Source: Candidatus Magasanikiibacteriota bacterium | GTDB taxonomy: Bacteria; Patescibacteriota; Patescibacteriia; Magasanikbacterales; 2-02-FULL-50-9b | DNA: 64,000 nt | Direction of reading: 5' to 3' | NCBI GenBank assembly: GCA_903893485.1 | Contig: CAITMK010000003.1 | Location: forward strand, 9,922 to 73,921 | In this document: positions 10,051-20,645 of the stretch, in pieces | How the letters are laid out: each line of letters begins with the position of its first letter | Position numbering within the stretch: the first letter of the stretch is position 1 | Program-made: the position numbers and the translations under genes | The notes under the pieces: model-generated | Told to the model about the DNA's origin: nothing | What the model saw: only the letters and a program-made list of their open reading frames with translations | Database searches by the model: none

Positions 10051-13000
10051 CTAGACCGCTTGCATTTGCAATGTCACATCTTTTGCAAGCGCCGCGCTGC
10101 CTTCTGGAGCATTTATTATGATCGGCTCCGTTGTTAAATTCTGAAAACCTGCTTTTTCTACCATTATGTAATATTGATTTTTACCAACCAAGAATGAATA
10201 CCTACCTTGGTCATCAGTAATCTGTGTTTCCAAAAGTTTATTATATTGTGTATCAAACACGCGAACAATTGCTTGAGCTACTGGTTTGCCATCACTGCCA
10301 CGAACAACACCCCAATCATGCGGCTTTGGTGGAAGTGCGAGGCGGCGGAATACAAAGTAGCTCACCACTTGAGCTGCCAAAAATGCACCCACAAAAATTG
10401 TCGGAGAAACTGCAAATGAGACGGCGGTAAGAACAACGCCGCCTGCGCCAAGTATATTTACTAAACGATTTTTTGCTTTTGTACGCAAAATTTCTCGCGC
10501 AGGTTTTGCATCGCCACCAGGGGCTAATGGTAAGTTGTATGAAATTTGGCCAGCAGCGGCAAGTGGTACGGTGCCACCGGTATATAAATCGGTGAGCGCG
10601 CCATCTTCTGTTTTCCCTTGCATGTACGCAGGTGGAAATGAATAATTTGGTTTTGTTACCTCAAGACGATAATTCCCTGGACGCGCAAAAAACTGATACC
10701 GACCATCTCGATCTGTTACGTGTGATTGCACCACGCGACCTGAATCTGCATTTATAATGCGCACCAACGCTAAGTCTGCAGGCAATTTTGAAATTGCATT
10801 ATAAGCCATGCCCCACCCTTTGCGGCGTTTACGCGTGAGCAAAAATAATGGTTGGGTAAACAAAAAGCGGAAATACAAAGCGATCTGCCCAAAATTTAAC
10901 GCGGTCGAGACGCCTGCCACCACAACTGCAGCTGCAGCCGGAACTACAACCGCTTGGTTGGCGATTTGGACTTGTGGAGCCGCCACAATTTGTGCCGCCG
11001 CAACACGTATTTTACGAACAGATTTAACTACGCTCACTGACGCAGCAGTAACGGTTTCTGAAATTTTTTGAGCAGTAACTGTTTGTGCAACGTTTTCCGG
11101 AATAGTGACGGTGCTGGTGGTGCTCGTGGTGTTTGCGGGTTCCTGTACGACGAGCGGAACAGTTGTTGTCGTTATTATCTCAGTGGATGTTGCCATCGGC
11201 GCAATAACTCCCCCAGCAACTGGAGCAGGCGCTGCAATTGGTACCAAACCTGGTGTATCTTTTTTAACTGGTGGAGGTGGAACCGCTGGTAAATCTACGA
11301 TGATAGTGCGCTGAACACTGTCCAACAAATTGCTCGAAGCGTCTACCATGCGGTATTCAAATGCATAGGTATCGCTCACCGCTGCCAAAGAAATTGGAAC
11401 ACTCCATTTACCATTTGTGTCAACAATGCTCGTGAATGTGGCGCCGCCTTGCACAATCACAATGTGTGACTGTGGTTTACCATGGCCACTTGCCGTAAAA
11501 GAATTTTTGGTAATATGCACGTTGTCTTGCGGTGAATCAACCGAAAGCGGAATCAGTGGTTCTGCAGCCAAAATAGTAAAACTTGCCGTATCAGAACTCA
11601 TATTTCCCGCAATATCCGTTGCCGACGCAACTATCTGATACGATCCCACTGGTAAATCGTCTGGAACGGCATAGCTCCAACCCCCTTGTGGGCTCACTGG
11701 CAATGTCACATGAACTTTTTCTGCCCCACCTGAAGTTACTATCAAAACAAACAGTTCGTGCGGATCTGCAGTGCCAGAAATAGTTATGGTGCCAGTGGTC
11801 AGCTTTTCATTATTTTGTGGATTTGCAATAACAGGAGTTATCGGCGCGGTTGCATCCAAAATCACTTTTGCGACTACTACAGAACTTTCTATGCCTGTTC
11901 CCGAGCGAACCTTTAAATAGATTGATTTTTGGCCGTCGGGCGTTGGCAATGTCCAAACTTTAGTTGGTAACAAAGTCTCCCACACGCCTCCAACAAAATC
12001 TGATGAATTACTAAGCATCATTTGGGAGGCGGTATCGTCGTAACCAATTGCAAGTAATACACTTGTCGACGTTGTATAAGCGGGTGCGCTAATCGTTGGT
12101 GCTGTTACTGGCCGTTGCGGTGTACTTTCGGCAACTAGTGTAATATTTTGCACCGATACCGCGCTTTCGCCACCATCACTACCGCGAACTTTTGCATAAA
12201 TGTGTTTTAAACCAAGCGCTGAGTCCAATATAAATGAGGATGTTTGTGAATATGCCTGCCATACCGTATTTGTAAATGAATTATTTAAAGAAAACACCAT
12301 CTGAGAAGCACCGTTCGCCGCAATACCAAGTGTAACCGTGGTAGACGCGGTCGTAGTTGCGCCACCATTAATACCAAAACTGCTGATGATTGGAGTAACT
12401 ACTTGTGGTGGCCCACCGCCAGTACAAGTAGTGCATGGTGGTGTAATTATCACGGGCGCCGACGAAGACATGTATACCGTAAAAAGCTGGTTTTGAGAAA
12501 TCAAATCAGCGCTCGTGGATGAGGTATACAATCCATTAATTGGTGCAGCAGAAACCACGAATGGACCGCTTGAACCACCGTCGATAAGCAAAAAATCATC
12601 TGGTCGGTATTGCTGTGACATGAAGTAATCGGCGTTGGAAACATACCCGTCTCCATCAGTTACATAATCATGTGATGTAATGCCTCCACCAATATTACTG
12701 TCGTGAATTGTGACCGTAGCACCCGCTACCGGCGCTCCGTACATATCTAAAATTAAGGCTCGCGGTTTATACAACAACATGATAGATCCTGTATTTTTCA
12801 TGTATACCGACCCTCGTGTAATTGTAGGTCCAAACAAAAAATTATAGGTTTGACTTGGTCCTAAACTATCATCAGAGCAAAGATCATATTCCAAACTCGA
12901 GGTGGCAACAAAATTATATAAATTATTTTGCGCATATGCAGCTCCAGAAGCTCCTTCAAACAAAACGCCACAGGTGTTACCCGTTGAAGTGACATTGGTA

Positions 13001-15324
13001 AATGTATTATTCCCCGAATCAGTGATGTCCAAGCCGGCGCCAAAAAAGTTTTTAGTTACGTGATGAGTAATTTGCGGCATCCACAGCCCAAAGCCACTTG
13101 CATAACGAATACCTTGGGCTTGAAGCATGTCAAAATTATAAGTAAAGCTACCACCAGATACCGTAAAAGCATTGGAAACAAACTTATCAACGGTAATTGA
13201 ATATCCGCCGCCAATGTTTGAGCAATCCGTTTCAATCGCTGCTCCACTTGAGGCGATATTATTTGGAACCCACATGGTAAGACGTGCTGGAGAGGAAAAC
13301 CCGTGAATCACCACCGCCGCGACATTCCAATTGTTTGTTGCGTCACCAACGAGACTCGTAATATCAAGATCTCCACCACCCTCATCACTCGTCTTTACAT
13401 CGCAACTACCATTCGTCATGACAAGCGTCGATGATACGGTACCACCGACAACCGGCCCATCCGTATAATTGGATCCACCAAAAAAGATCGGGCTGCTATT
13501 TATTGAGTACGTAGAGGCTGGCTGTGTGCTCGAGGTAAATCCTGAAATATCTAAATCCGTAAATGTCGAACCTGTGACGCGTTGCAAACTCAGCCCGTTG
13601 GTACTTGAACCTGTACCTTGCGCCACTTTTACATCATTCATCGTCACGTTATTAGCATCAGTAATTTTAATTGCCGCTGGACTTTGCGAACAGCCATCAT
13701 CAAAGGCAAGGTGTGAAAATGTTAAATCATTCAACCCAACAAAGCGTGCAAAACATCCAATTTTTGAAACGGGGCCTCCGTTAATACCAGATCCAGCGCC
13801 GACAATGGTAAGTCCGCCATAAAAATATGAACTTGTTGCCACTTCTGACACCTCATATGCCCCCGGAGCGAGATGAATAGTATCGCCCCACTTAAGACCG
13901 CTGTCCGTAGCAAGGATTCCCAAAGTACTTGTTGCATCAACCGTATTATAATCAACTGTACCAGACGCATCGATATAAATATCAGTCCGATGAGAATTAT
14001 GATAAGCCCCAATACCACTCCCATCTCCGCCATCTAAATAGTAACTCCAAGGTGCCGGATACATATCATCTGCGGTTGACAGATTTTCTCTGCGGAAATG
14101 TGGATCTTCCGTAAGATCATGGGAGCTAACAGGAATTGAAGCGGTTCCGTTGTTTGATATTATGTGTGAAAAACCATGGGCGCCATTAAAACCTTCTCCA
14201 GCTGAAAATGTACCTTCACCAAGCTCAGCTTCAAACGCAATTGCGTTTATATTGGAATCTGTACCAAGAGGAACTGGCGTTAAATTATCAAACAGATTCG
14301 ATCGAAGCGTTGCGGTCGTTCCCGCGGTAGTATTAACAAAACGAACCAAACTCCCCGATGACAACGGCGCAACAACGGTATTATGTGTAAACTGATAATC
14401 ATTTGTCACCCCCGTACAATTCCACCCAAATTGTAAATGTTCGTATGGTGTCGCCACATCATAGGCAAAAGAAAAATAATTGTAACTCACGTTAAAAGTT
14501 CCGCCACAAAAACTCATTTGTGGATTATTAATTGATTGTGTTCCAGTAAACGTAACCGTATTTCGTTCAAAATCTAAATCGCCGTTATTGTAGCTCCACC
14601 AATTTCCATCAAAATTTGTAATCGTAAACGTATTATTTGTCATTGTCGCATTCGTTGGCGCCACTAGCCCTGAAGCACCAAATAACGTCGAAATAATTGA
14701 CGAAAAATTATTTGATCCCACTAACGAGTTTCCGTCAAGAAGTGGATTTACCGCACTAGCGCCTGAATTAGAGCTCAAACTTATCGATACTTTCCCGGTA
14801 TTATTTTGAAAAACAGGATTAACCATTTCAGCAAGTGAAACCGATGACCATGCCGCAGCGTCAAACGTATTTCCAGTTATGGCAATCCCCGTAACACCAG
14901 TGCCCAGTGTTTGTATATTTACGTGCCGCGCATTGCAATTAGTTATCGAATTACTTCCAATCAAATTGAAAGTCGTGGTTGCAGTTCCATCGGTCACCCC
15001 AAGATACGCGCCACTATTTTGACAATCAATTATTGTGCTTGTATATGATGGTGTAATCACGGCTGCTGGGTATGAGGGCTCACCTGTCGGATCATAGGTT
15101 GCTTGAACGGTTACAGTACCACCGCTAGAAAGCGTGGCATCAGTCACTGCGCTTGTAATATTGGTGTAATCACAACCACTCGCACATACCGTAATCACTG
15201 GCGTTGCATGTACTTTAAAAACTACAAAAAGTGCCCCGATTATCGCGACATACGAAAGAAAAATTGTGTACCAAACTTTTTCTTTTGAGTTCTCGGCTGT
15301 GCGCTGTAAAAAACCAAAATGCAT
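10051..15324 (-). CDS. Giant surface protein, paralog 3 (~1757 aa)
   Basis: Same architecture as paralogs 1 and 2; start placed at MHFGF by homology to them. Confidence 0.9.
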   Translation of the reverse strand: MHFGFLQRTAENSKEKVWYTIFLSYVAIIGALFVVFKVHATPVITVCASGCDYTNITSAVTDATLSSGGTVTVQATYDPTGEPSYPAAVITPSYTSTIIDCQNSGAYLGVTDGTATTTFNLIGSNSITNCNARHVNIQTLGTGVTGIAITGNTFDAAAWSSVSLAEMVNPVFQNNTGKVSISLSSNSGASAVNPLLDGNSLVGSNNFSSIISTLFGASGLVAPTNATMTNNTFTITNFDGNWWSYNNGDLDFERNTVTFTGTQSINNPQMSFCGGTFNVSYNYFSFAYDVATPYEHLQFGWNCTGVTNDYQFTHNTVVAPLSSGSLVRFVNTTAGTTATLRSNLFDNLTPVPLGTDSNINAIAFEAELGEGTFSAGEGFNGAHGFSHIISNNGTASIPVSSHDLTEDPHFRRENLSTADDMYPAPWSYYLDGGDGSGIGAYHNSHRTDIYIDASGTVDYNTVDATSTLGILATDSGLKWGDTIHLAPGAYEVSEVATSSYFYGGLTIVGAGSGINGGPVSKIGCFARFVGLNDLTFSHLAFDDGCSQSPAAIKITDANNVTMNDVKVAQGTGSSTNGLSLQRVTGSTFTDLDISGFTSSTQPASTYSINSSPIFFGGSNYTDGPVVGGTVSSTLVMTNGSCDVKTSDEGGGDLDITSLVGDATNNWNVAAVVIHGFSSPARLTMWVPNNIASSGAAIETDCSNIGGGYSITVDKFVSNAFTVSGGSFTYNFDMLQAQGIRYASGFGLWMPQITHHVTKNFFGAGLDITDSGNNTFTNVTSTGNTCGVLFEGASGAAYAQNNLYNFVATSSLEYDLCSDDSLGPSQTYNFLFGPTITRGSVYMKNTGSIMLLYKPRALILDMYGAPVAGATVTIHDSNIGGGITSHDYVTDGDGYVSNADYFMSQQYRPDDFLLIDGGSSGPFVVSAAPINGLYTSSTSADLISQNQLFTVYMSSSAPVIITPPCTTCTGGGPPQVVTPIISSFGINGGATTTASTTVTLGIAANGASQMVFSLNNSFTNTVWQAYSQTSSFILDSALGLKHIYAKVRGSDGGESAVSVQNITLVAESTPQRPVTAPTISAPAYTTSTSVLLAIGYDDTASQMMLSNSSDFVGGVWETLLPTKVWTLPTPDGQKSIYLKVRSGTGIESSVVVAKVILDATAPITPVIANPQNNEKLTTGTITISGTADPHELFVLIVTSGGAEKVHVTLPVSPQGGWSYAVPDDLPVGSYQIVASATDIAGNMSSDTASFTILAAEPLIPLSVDSPQDNVHITKNSFTASGHGKPQSHIVIVQGGATFTSIVDTNGKWSVPISLAAVSDTYAFEYRMVDASSNLLDSVQRTIIVDLPAVPPPPVKKDTPGLVPIAAPAPVAGGVIAPMATSTEIITTTTVPLVVQEPANTTSTTSTVTIPENVAQTVTAQKISETVTAASVSVVKSVRKIRVAAAQIVAAPQVQIANQAVVVPAAAAVVVAGVSTALNFGQIALYFRFLFTQPLFLLTRKRRKGWGMAYNAISKLPADLALVRIINADSGRVVQSHVTDRDGRYQFFARPGNYRLEVTKPNYSFPPAYMQGKTEDGALTDLYTGGTVPLAAAGQISYNLPLAPGGDAKPAREILRTKAKNRLVNILGAGGVVLTAVSFAVSPTIFVGAFLAAQVVSYFVFRRLALPPKPHDWGVVRGSDGKPVAQAIVRVFDTQYNKLLETQITDDQGRYSFLVGKNQYYIMVEKAGFQNLTTEPIIINAPEGSAALAKDVTLQMQAV

Positions 15325-15454
15325 ACGCGACAAAGCAATCTTATTATAGCCTTTTTTCGATCTTTCTGCAGCGTGTGTATAACCTTATTTAAAAAAAATC
15401 AGCGGCACGTTGGAAAACGTACCGCCTTTTGACTCCGCGTAGCTGCAAAAGTTG

Positions 15455-16339
15455 CTACAGCTGCGTGATCACGCGATGCAAAACCTCGGTGAGCCGCGCA
15501 GCACCGAGCGGGCCCGCATCCATCACTTCTTCGTGGCTATTGCTTCCCGCCCCCGAGTAGTTGGTGATGAACGAGAGCGCGCTGACGCTCGGCCGCTGTT
15601 CAACGTCCGAAATGCCGAGCGCCATGTGCTGAATCGCCATCACTTCAGGCACCACGGACATGCCAACGACATGCGCACCAAGTTTGGCCAGCAATTCAGC
15701 CTCGGCAGCCGTTTCGTACTGCGGGCCGCGAGCAAACGCCAGCGTGAGTCCTTGGCGCGGCGCGATGAGCCAGGGAAAAAATTCGACGTCGCCGCTAATG
15801 CCGCTCGAAACGAAGTTGAACGCCTTGCCGTGATACGCGCCCTCCATGGACGTAAACCGCAACCGCGGACCAAGCCCCGACTCGTGCAGCCACCGCCCCA
15901 TGAGCGGATTGTCGTCCCGCTCCATGAAAAGCGAAATGTGGTTGCCGACAAGCACCACCTTGCCCGGCTCGTACAGGCGCGAAAGCGACCCGACCGCCGA
16001 AGTCAAGATGAAGTTCTTCACGCCGATCCGCACCAGCGCGCGCAGCGAAGCGACGATCGTATGAATGTTCACGCCTTCGTAGCAGTGCACGCGGCCGGAC
16101 AGAACGAGAACGCTTTTTTCGCCGACGTGGCCGAAATACGCAACGCCCTCGTGCCCTTCTGCTTTCGGCACCTCGAGTCGAAGTGACCGATAACTCGCGG
16201 TCGACGCGTTCTGGACCATGCCCGTCACGCCCGAAAGGCCTGACCCAAGCACAATCACCACGTCCGGCACGTTACCGCCCAAAAAGCGCCAGAAACCATC
16301 CGTCACATGCTGAACTCTTTCAAGACTAAACTTTGGCAT
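15455..16339 (-). CDS. punA: Purine nucleoside phosphorylase (trimeric PNP family)
   Basis: Motifs VLGSGL, EGH, GRVH, GPQYETAAE, VGMS, ITN; GGAGG SD; GC-rich. Confidence 0.9.
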   Translation of the reverse strand: MPKFSLERVQHVTDGFWRFLGGNVPDVVIVLGSGLSGVTGMVQNASTASYRSLRLEVPKAEGHEGVAYFGHVGEKSVLVLSGRVHCYEGVNIHTIVASLRALVRIGVKNFILTSAVGSLSRLYEPGKVVLVGNHISLFMERDDNPLMGRWLHESGLGPRLRFTSMEGAYHGKAFNFVSSGISGDVEFFPWLIAPRQGLTLAFARGPQYETAAEAELLAKLGAHVVGMSVVPEVMAIQHMALGISDVEQRPSVSALSFITNYSGAGSNSHEEVMDAGPLGAARLTEVLHRVITQL

Positions 16340-16387
16340 CCTACCCTCCAGATTGCTTTAAGCGAATCATTCCGCGCAATCAAAAAC

Positions 16388-16416
16388 AGAGTACTCGCGC
16401 ACCCTGTTTTTGTCAA
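16388..16416 (-). promoter_or_regulatory. Sigma70-like promoter of the PNP gene
   Basis: TTGACA-N17-TACTCT on the minus strand. Confidence 0.65.
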
Positions 16417-16433
16417 TCCCTTTGATTTTAAAA

Positions 16434-16745
16434 TTATGCCAAAAGCGCTTTAAGCTGATCGATGGTTTGTACGCCCGATGCGGTTTTTACTGCCACGCCA
16501 CCCTTGAAAACGATGAGCGTTGGAATGCTCATGATGTTATATTTTGCTGCGGTGTCTGGATTTTCGTCCACGTTCATTTTGCCAATTTTAACTGGCTTGC
16601 CTTCCATTTCGTGGGCAAAATTTTCTACAACCGGACCCATCATGCGGCAAGGGCCACACCATGGTGCCCAAAAATCAACCAAAACAGGTTCTGCGCTCTG
16701 CAATACGTCTGCGTCAAATTTTGCATCAGTGAATTCGAGTTCCAT
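16434..16745 (-). CDS. trxA: Thioredoxin
   Basis: DFWAPWCGPC, SIPTL. Confidence 0.97.
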   Translation of the reverse strand: MELEFTDAKFDADVLQSAEPVLVDFWAPWCGPCRMMGPVVENFAHEMEGKPVKIGKMNVDENPDTAAKYNIMSIPTLIVFKGGVAVKTASGVQTIDQLKALLA

Positions 16746-16765
16746 AGAAACTAAAATTAATTTTA

Positions 16766-18787
16766 TTATTTGTTAAACGTAACTTTGCGTTTGCGCTCTT
16801 CTTTCATGTACGCCTCAAGCACATCGCCTTCCACGAGTGGTTCTTTGCCTTCGTATTTGATACCACATTCGTGGCCCGCTGGAATTTCTTTAACTTGCGT
16901 TTTACCCATTTGAGTTGAAACGATTTTACCATCAGCGATATATTCACGGTTGCGATATACACGCACCAATGAACCGCTTGGCACTTTGCCCTGGTCAACG
17001 CGACCACCAACCACCTGAACTTTTTTGTCCGTGCGGAAAATCGCGAGCGCTTTGAAGGTACCGTATTCGGTAACAATAACTTCTGCAGGAATCATTTCGT
17101 TGAGACGAACTTCAACAAAGTTCAACAAGTCGTAAATGACCTTAAATAAGTGTACCTCGATTTTTTTGTTACGCGCAAGTTCTGCGGCACCCGGAATTGG
17201 TTGCACATGAAAACCGAACAAAAGTGCATGCTGAGATTCGGCGCGCGCAACTTCAGCTTCGGTGAAATTACCAAGGCCTTTGCCAACCACTTTAACACCA
17301 ACTTCTTCGGTCTGATATTTTTCCAATGATTGCATGATTGCCTCCAAAGAACCGAGCACATCAGCTTTAACAAAAACGTTAAGCCAAATTTTCTGTTTTG
17401 TTTCTTCGCCAGATTCAACGTCTTCGGCAGATTGCGTTGCACCAATGATCGGTGCCAAAATACCTGACGCACGAGATTTTTTAACTTTTTCCGCGGTTGC
17501 TGCTTTGGACACATCCAAAATATCACCAACTTCTGGCGCAAATTTGAAACCTAAAATTTTAACCGGCATTGATGGTTTTGCATCTTCAACGAATTCGCCC
17601 AAATGATTTTTCATGGCGCGAACTGAACCGTAGAGCTGGCCATTAACTGCAAGTTCGTCGCCACGATGAAGCGTGCCACCTTGCACCAAAATAGTTGCAA
17701 CAGGGCCTTCGCCTTTGTCCACGTGCGATTCGATAACCGTACCAATTGCAGGGCGATTTGGGTTGGCGCGGATTTTGTCTGCGTCAACATCGGCAACCAA
17801 TAATAAAGTTTCCAAAAGTTTGTCCACGCCCATGCCGGTCTTTGCAGAAATTGGCACGAGTGGCACATTACCGCTCCATTCTTCAATTTGAACACCGTTG
17901 TTCGCGAGTTCTGTTTTTACTTTTTCCAAATTGATACCTTCTTTATCCATTTTGTTGAGCGCAACTACCATTGGCAATTTTGCTGCATGAATAATTTTAA
18001 TTGCTTCAACGGTTTGAGGCATGACGCCGTCGTCCGCTGCAACCACAAGCACCGCAATATCTGCGATACGTGCACCACGAGAACGCATAACCGTGAACGC
18101 TTCGTGACCTGGCGTATCGATAAATGTAATGGGGCGATTATTTTTGATCACCTGGTACGCACCAATATGCTGCGTAATACCACCGGCTTCGGTTGCGATC
18201 ACGTTAGTGGTACGAATGGTGTCGAGCAATTTTGTTTTACCATGATCAACGTGACCCATGATAACAATAACTGGCGCGCGGGGCTCCAAAGATTCTTTGG
18301 TGTCAGCGTCGAGTGACGCTTGCATTTCAACAACTTGTGAAGTTGAAACTTCTGCTTCTGGTGCAGCCTCGCCTTCGGCGGTAACCGCAAAACCTAAGTC
18401 TTCAGCAATAACGGTTGCAGTATCGCGGTCGATACGTTCGTTAAGTGACGCCAAAATACCGTTCTTCATGAGCTCTGAAATAACAGCGGTCACTGGCAAC
18501 TGAAGTGCAGACGCAAAATCACGCACGGTAATGACTGCTGGCAAGGTAACCGACTTCCCTTCGGCCTTGCGAGCTTCTTTTTCGTCGATGCGCTTTTGGT
18601 CGATTGCACGACGCTGCTTTTCTTTCCAATCAGCGTACATGCGGCGCCAATCGCGAATAATGCTGTCTGCGATTTTATCGTCAACTTTAACCGCACGACG
18701 CCCAATATCGTACCCGTAGTTAGGGAGTACTTCGTAAAGTTCTTTGATTGATACACGCAGGCGGCGTGAAAGTTCGGAGACGTTCAT
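16766..18787 (-). CDS. infB: Translation initiation factor IF-2
   Basis: GHVDHGKT, GGITQHIGAY, DTPGHEAF, NKMD; start placed at MNVSEL. Confidence 0.97.
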   Translation of the reverse strand: MNVSELSRRLRVSIKELYEVLPNYGYDIGRRAVKVDDKIADSIIRDWRRMYADWKEKQRRAIDQKRIDEKEARKAEGKSVTLPAVITVRDFASALQLPVTAVISELMKNGILASLNERIDRDTATVIAEDLGFAVTAEGEAAPEAEVSTSQVVEMQASLDADTKESLEPRAPVIVIMGHVDHGKTKLLDTIRTTNVIATEAGGITQHIGAYQVIKNNRPITFIDTPGHEAFTVMRSRGARIADIAVLVVAADDGVMPQTVEAIKIIHAAKLPMVVALNKMDKEGINLEKVKTELANNGVQIEEWSGNVPLVPISAKTGMGVDKLLETLLLVADVDADKIRANPNRPAIGTVIESHVDKGEGPVATILVQGGTLHRGDELAVNGQLYGSVRAMKNHLGEFVEDAKPSMPVKILGFKFAPEVGDILDVSKAATAEKVKKSRASGILAPIIGATQSAEDVESGEETKQKIWLNVFVKADVLGSLEAIMQSLEKYQTEEVGVKVVGKGLGNFTEAEVARAESQHALLFGFHVQPIPGAAELARNKKIEVHLFKVIYDLLNFVEVRLNEMIPAEVIVTEYGTFKALAIFRTDKKVQVVGGRVDQGKVPSGSLVRVYRNREYIADGKIVSTQMGKTQVKEIPAGHECGIKYEGKEPLVEGDVLEAYMKEERKRKVTFNK

Positions 18788-18946
18788 GGGAAGAGATTTA
18801 GAATAACGCAATTTTAGTAGAAAACTACTAAAAAGTCAAATGTGTGGGCGGCAGATTCCTTTTTTGGAACCGTGTCGATTTAAAATAAAAAATCGTTCGC
18901 CCGGCCCGGAAGTGAATGGGGCCGAACGAACGATTGCAGGTTGCGC

Positions 18947-19966
18947 CTAGCGCTTGTGGCGCGGCGGACGCGGTTGGTTGTGCCGTCCAGCCGCCCTTTT
19001 CAAGGACTTGGCGCGACCCTCCAAGAAGACCACCTTTTCACGCAGCAGATCCAGGGTCGGCGCATCCCGCGGCAAGAACTCGTCGAATAGACTTTCGCGG
19101 TCCAGCTTGGACAGTTTCAATACCGCCACGGACAGTGTCCGGAGTAGCGTTTCGTGCGCGTCGCAGCGCAACTGGGCTAACTCTGGCGTATCAGCAGTCA
19201 TGGGCATTGCTTCAAGCCGTTTTACCAGGATGTTACATGACTCCACGCAGCTCCACATCGCGGTGAACGCGTCCCGCTTCTGGCCATCGAGCGCCAGCAG
19301 CAAATTCTGCTGGCGGCTGATGAGGTTGTCCACGATCAACGCGTTCGGATCACGAACCATCTTGGCCATGAAACGTGAGCCGATGAGCTGACCATGGCTT
19401 TCCATGTACCACTCGCCGAGTACGAACAGCTGACGAACAAAGTTCGTCGCGCTGGACACGCGATTGGCATTGTCGTTCACGCGATCTTTGATCCGCAGGT
19501 AGTAGCCGCCGTCTGGATGCAGCCACACGCTCATGCGCGTGTACTTGGAGACCAGTGGCGTCCGGCCAACAGCTGTCCACGGCTGCGCGCGATGAGGCTG
19601 CACAATCGTACCCCACCCCATGTTCACGACGAAAACGTACAGCGAATGATCATTCGTCTCATTCAGAAAATCCCAGAGCTTGTCGATCTGCTTCGCGCTG
19701 ATCTGGTAGCACTCCATGCCCTGCGCGCCCCACACCACCAGCAGGTGCTTGCAAAAGTTGCTTTCGCGGTAGTGCCCGTTCAGCACCCACATGCCAAGTG
19801 CGATGGCAAGAACGCCCCAAATGGTTGAATTAACCGTAGTTCCGCTGAACAACAGACAGAGGATAAGGACAATGCCAGCACCATACACGACTGGCCTCCG
19901 AAAACCGTTACCTTGAAAGTACTTATGATCCGCCGCCAGATATTTCTTTTCGATTTGTGGAAACAT
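18947..19966 (-). CDS. Orphan membrane protein (2 TM plus helical C-terminus), GC-rich
   Basis: 339-aa ORF from ATG 19966 preceded by GAGGCGGTGAG; downstream hairpin plus T-run. Confidence 0.7.
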   Translation of the reverse strand: MFPQIEKKYLAADHKYFQGNGFRRPVVYGAGIVLILCLLFSGTTVNSTIWGVLAIALGMWVLNGHYRESNFCKHLLVVWGAQGMECYQISAKQIDKLWDFLNETNDHSLYVFVVNMGWGTIVQPHRAQPWTAVGRTPLVSKYTRMSVWLHPDGGYYLRIKDRVNDNANRVSSATNFVRQLFVLGEWYMESHGQLIGSRFMAKMVRDPNALIVDNLISRQQNLLLALDGQKRDAFTAMWSCVESCNILVKRLEAMPMTADTPELAQLRCDAHETLLRTLSVAVLKLSKLDRESLFDEFLPRDAPTLDLLREKVVFLEGRAKSLKRAAGRHNQPRPPRHKR

Positions 19967-20089
19967 GGAACTCACCGCCTCGCGAGCGCAAAATGCGCTT
20001 GCCACAGCCTGCCACAAAATGGGCAAACAGTCAATACGACTTGACGCGCCACACCGCGGTGCTATATTACCTATACTTAACTTTATAAT

Positions 20090-20644
20090 ATGACACCAAG
20101 CATTATTTTTCTGATCGTCGTTATTGTAATCGTTTTGTGGGTTATCATGGCCTACAACGGTTTAGTCACGGGCCGCAATCGCGTTGCCGAAAGTTGGTCA
20201 GACATCGACGTACAATTAAAACGTCGCTACGATTTGATTCCAAATTTGGTTGAAACTGTAAAAGGCTACGCCGCACACGAACAAGGCACGTTGGAAAAAG
20301 TAATTGCCGCACGCAACGCCGCAATGAATGCGGGCAGCGACATGCAAACAAAATTGGCCGCAGAAAATAATTTGTCGAGTACGTTGAAATCCATTTTTGC
20401 ATTGTCAGAAAGTTACCCAGACTTAAAAGCAAACACCAATTTTTTGCGCTTACAAGATGAACTTGCTGACACCGAAAATAAAATTCAAGCTGCTCGCCGT
20501 TTTTACAATGGCAACACACGTGAATTCAATACCTCACTCCAAACATTTCCAACCAGCATAATCGCCGGTTTGTTTCATTTCACTCCACGCGATTTTTTTG
20601 AAGCAGCCGCAGGCGAACGCGAAAACGTGCAGGTGAAATTCTAG
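20090..20644 (+). CDS. lemA: LemA family protein
   Basis: N-terminal TM, WSDIDVQLKRRYDLIPNLV, ESYPDLKAN, ARRFYN. Confidence 0.96.
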   Translation: MTPSIIFLIVVIVIVLWVIMAYNGLVTGRNRVAESWSDIDVQLKRRYDLIPNLVETVKGYAAHEQGTLEKVIAARNAAMNAGSDMQTKLAAENNLSSTLKSIFALSESYPDLKANTNFLRLQDELADTENKIQAARRFYNGNTREFNTSLQTFPTSIIAGLFHFTPRDFFEAAAGERENVQVKF

Positions 20645-20645
20645 T

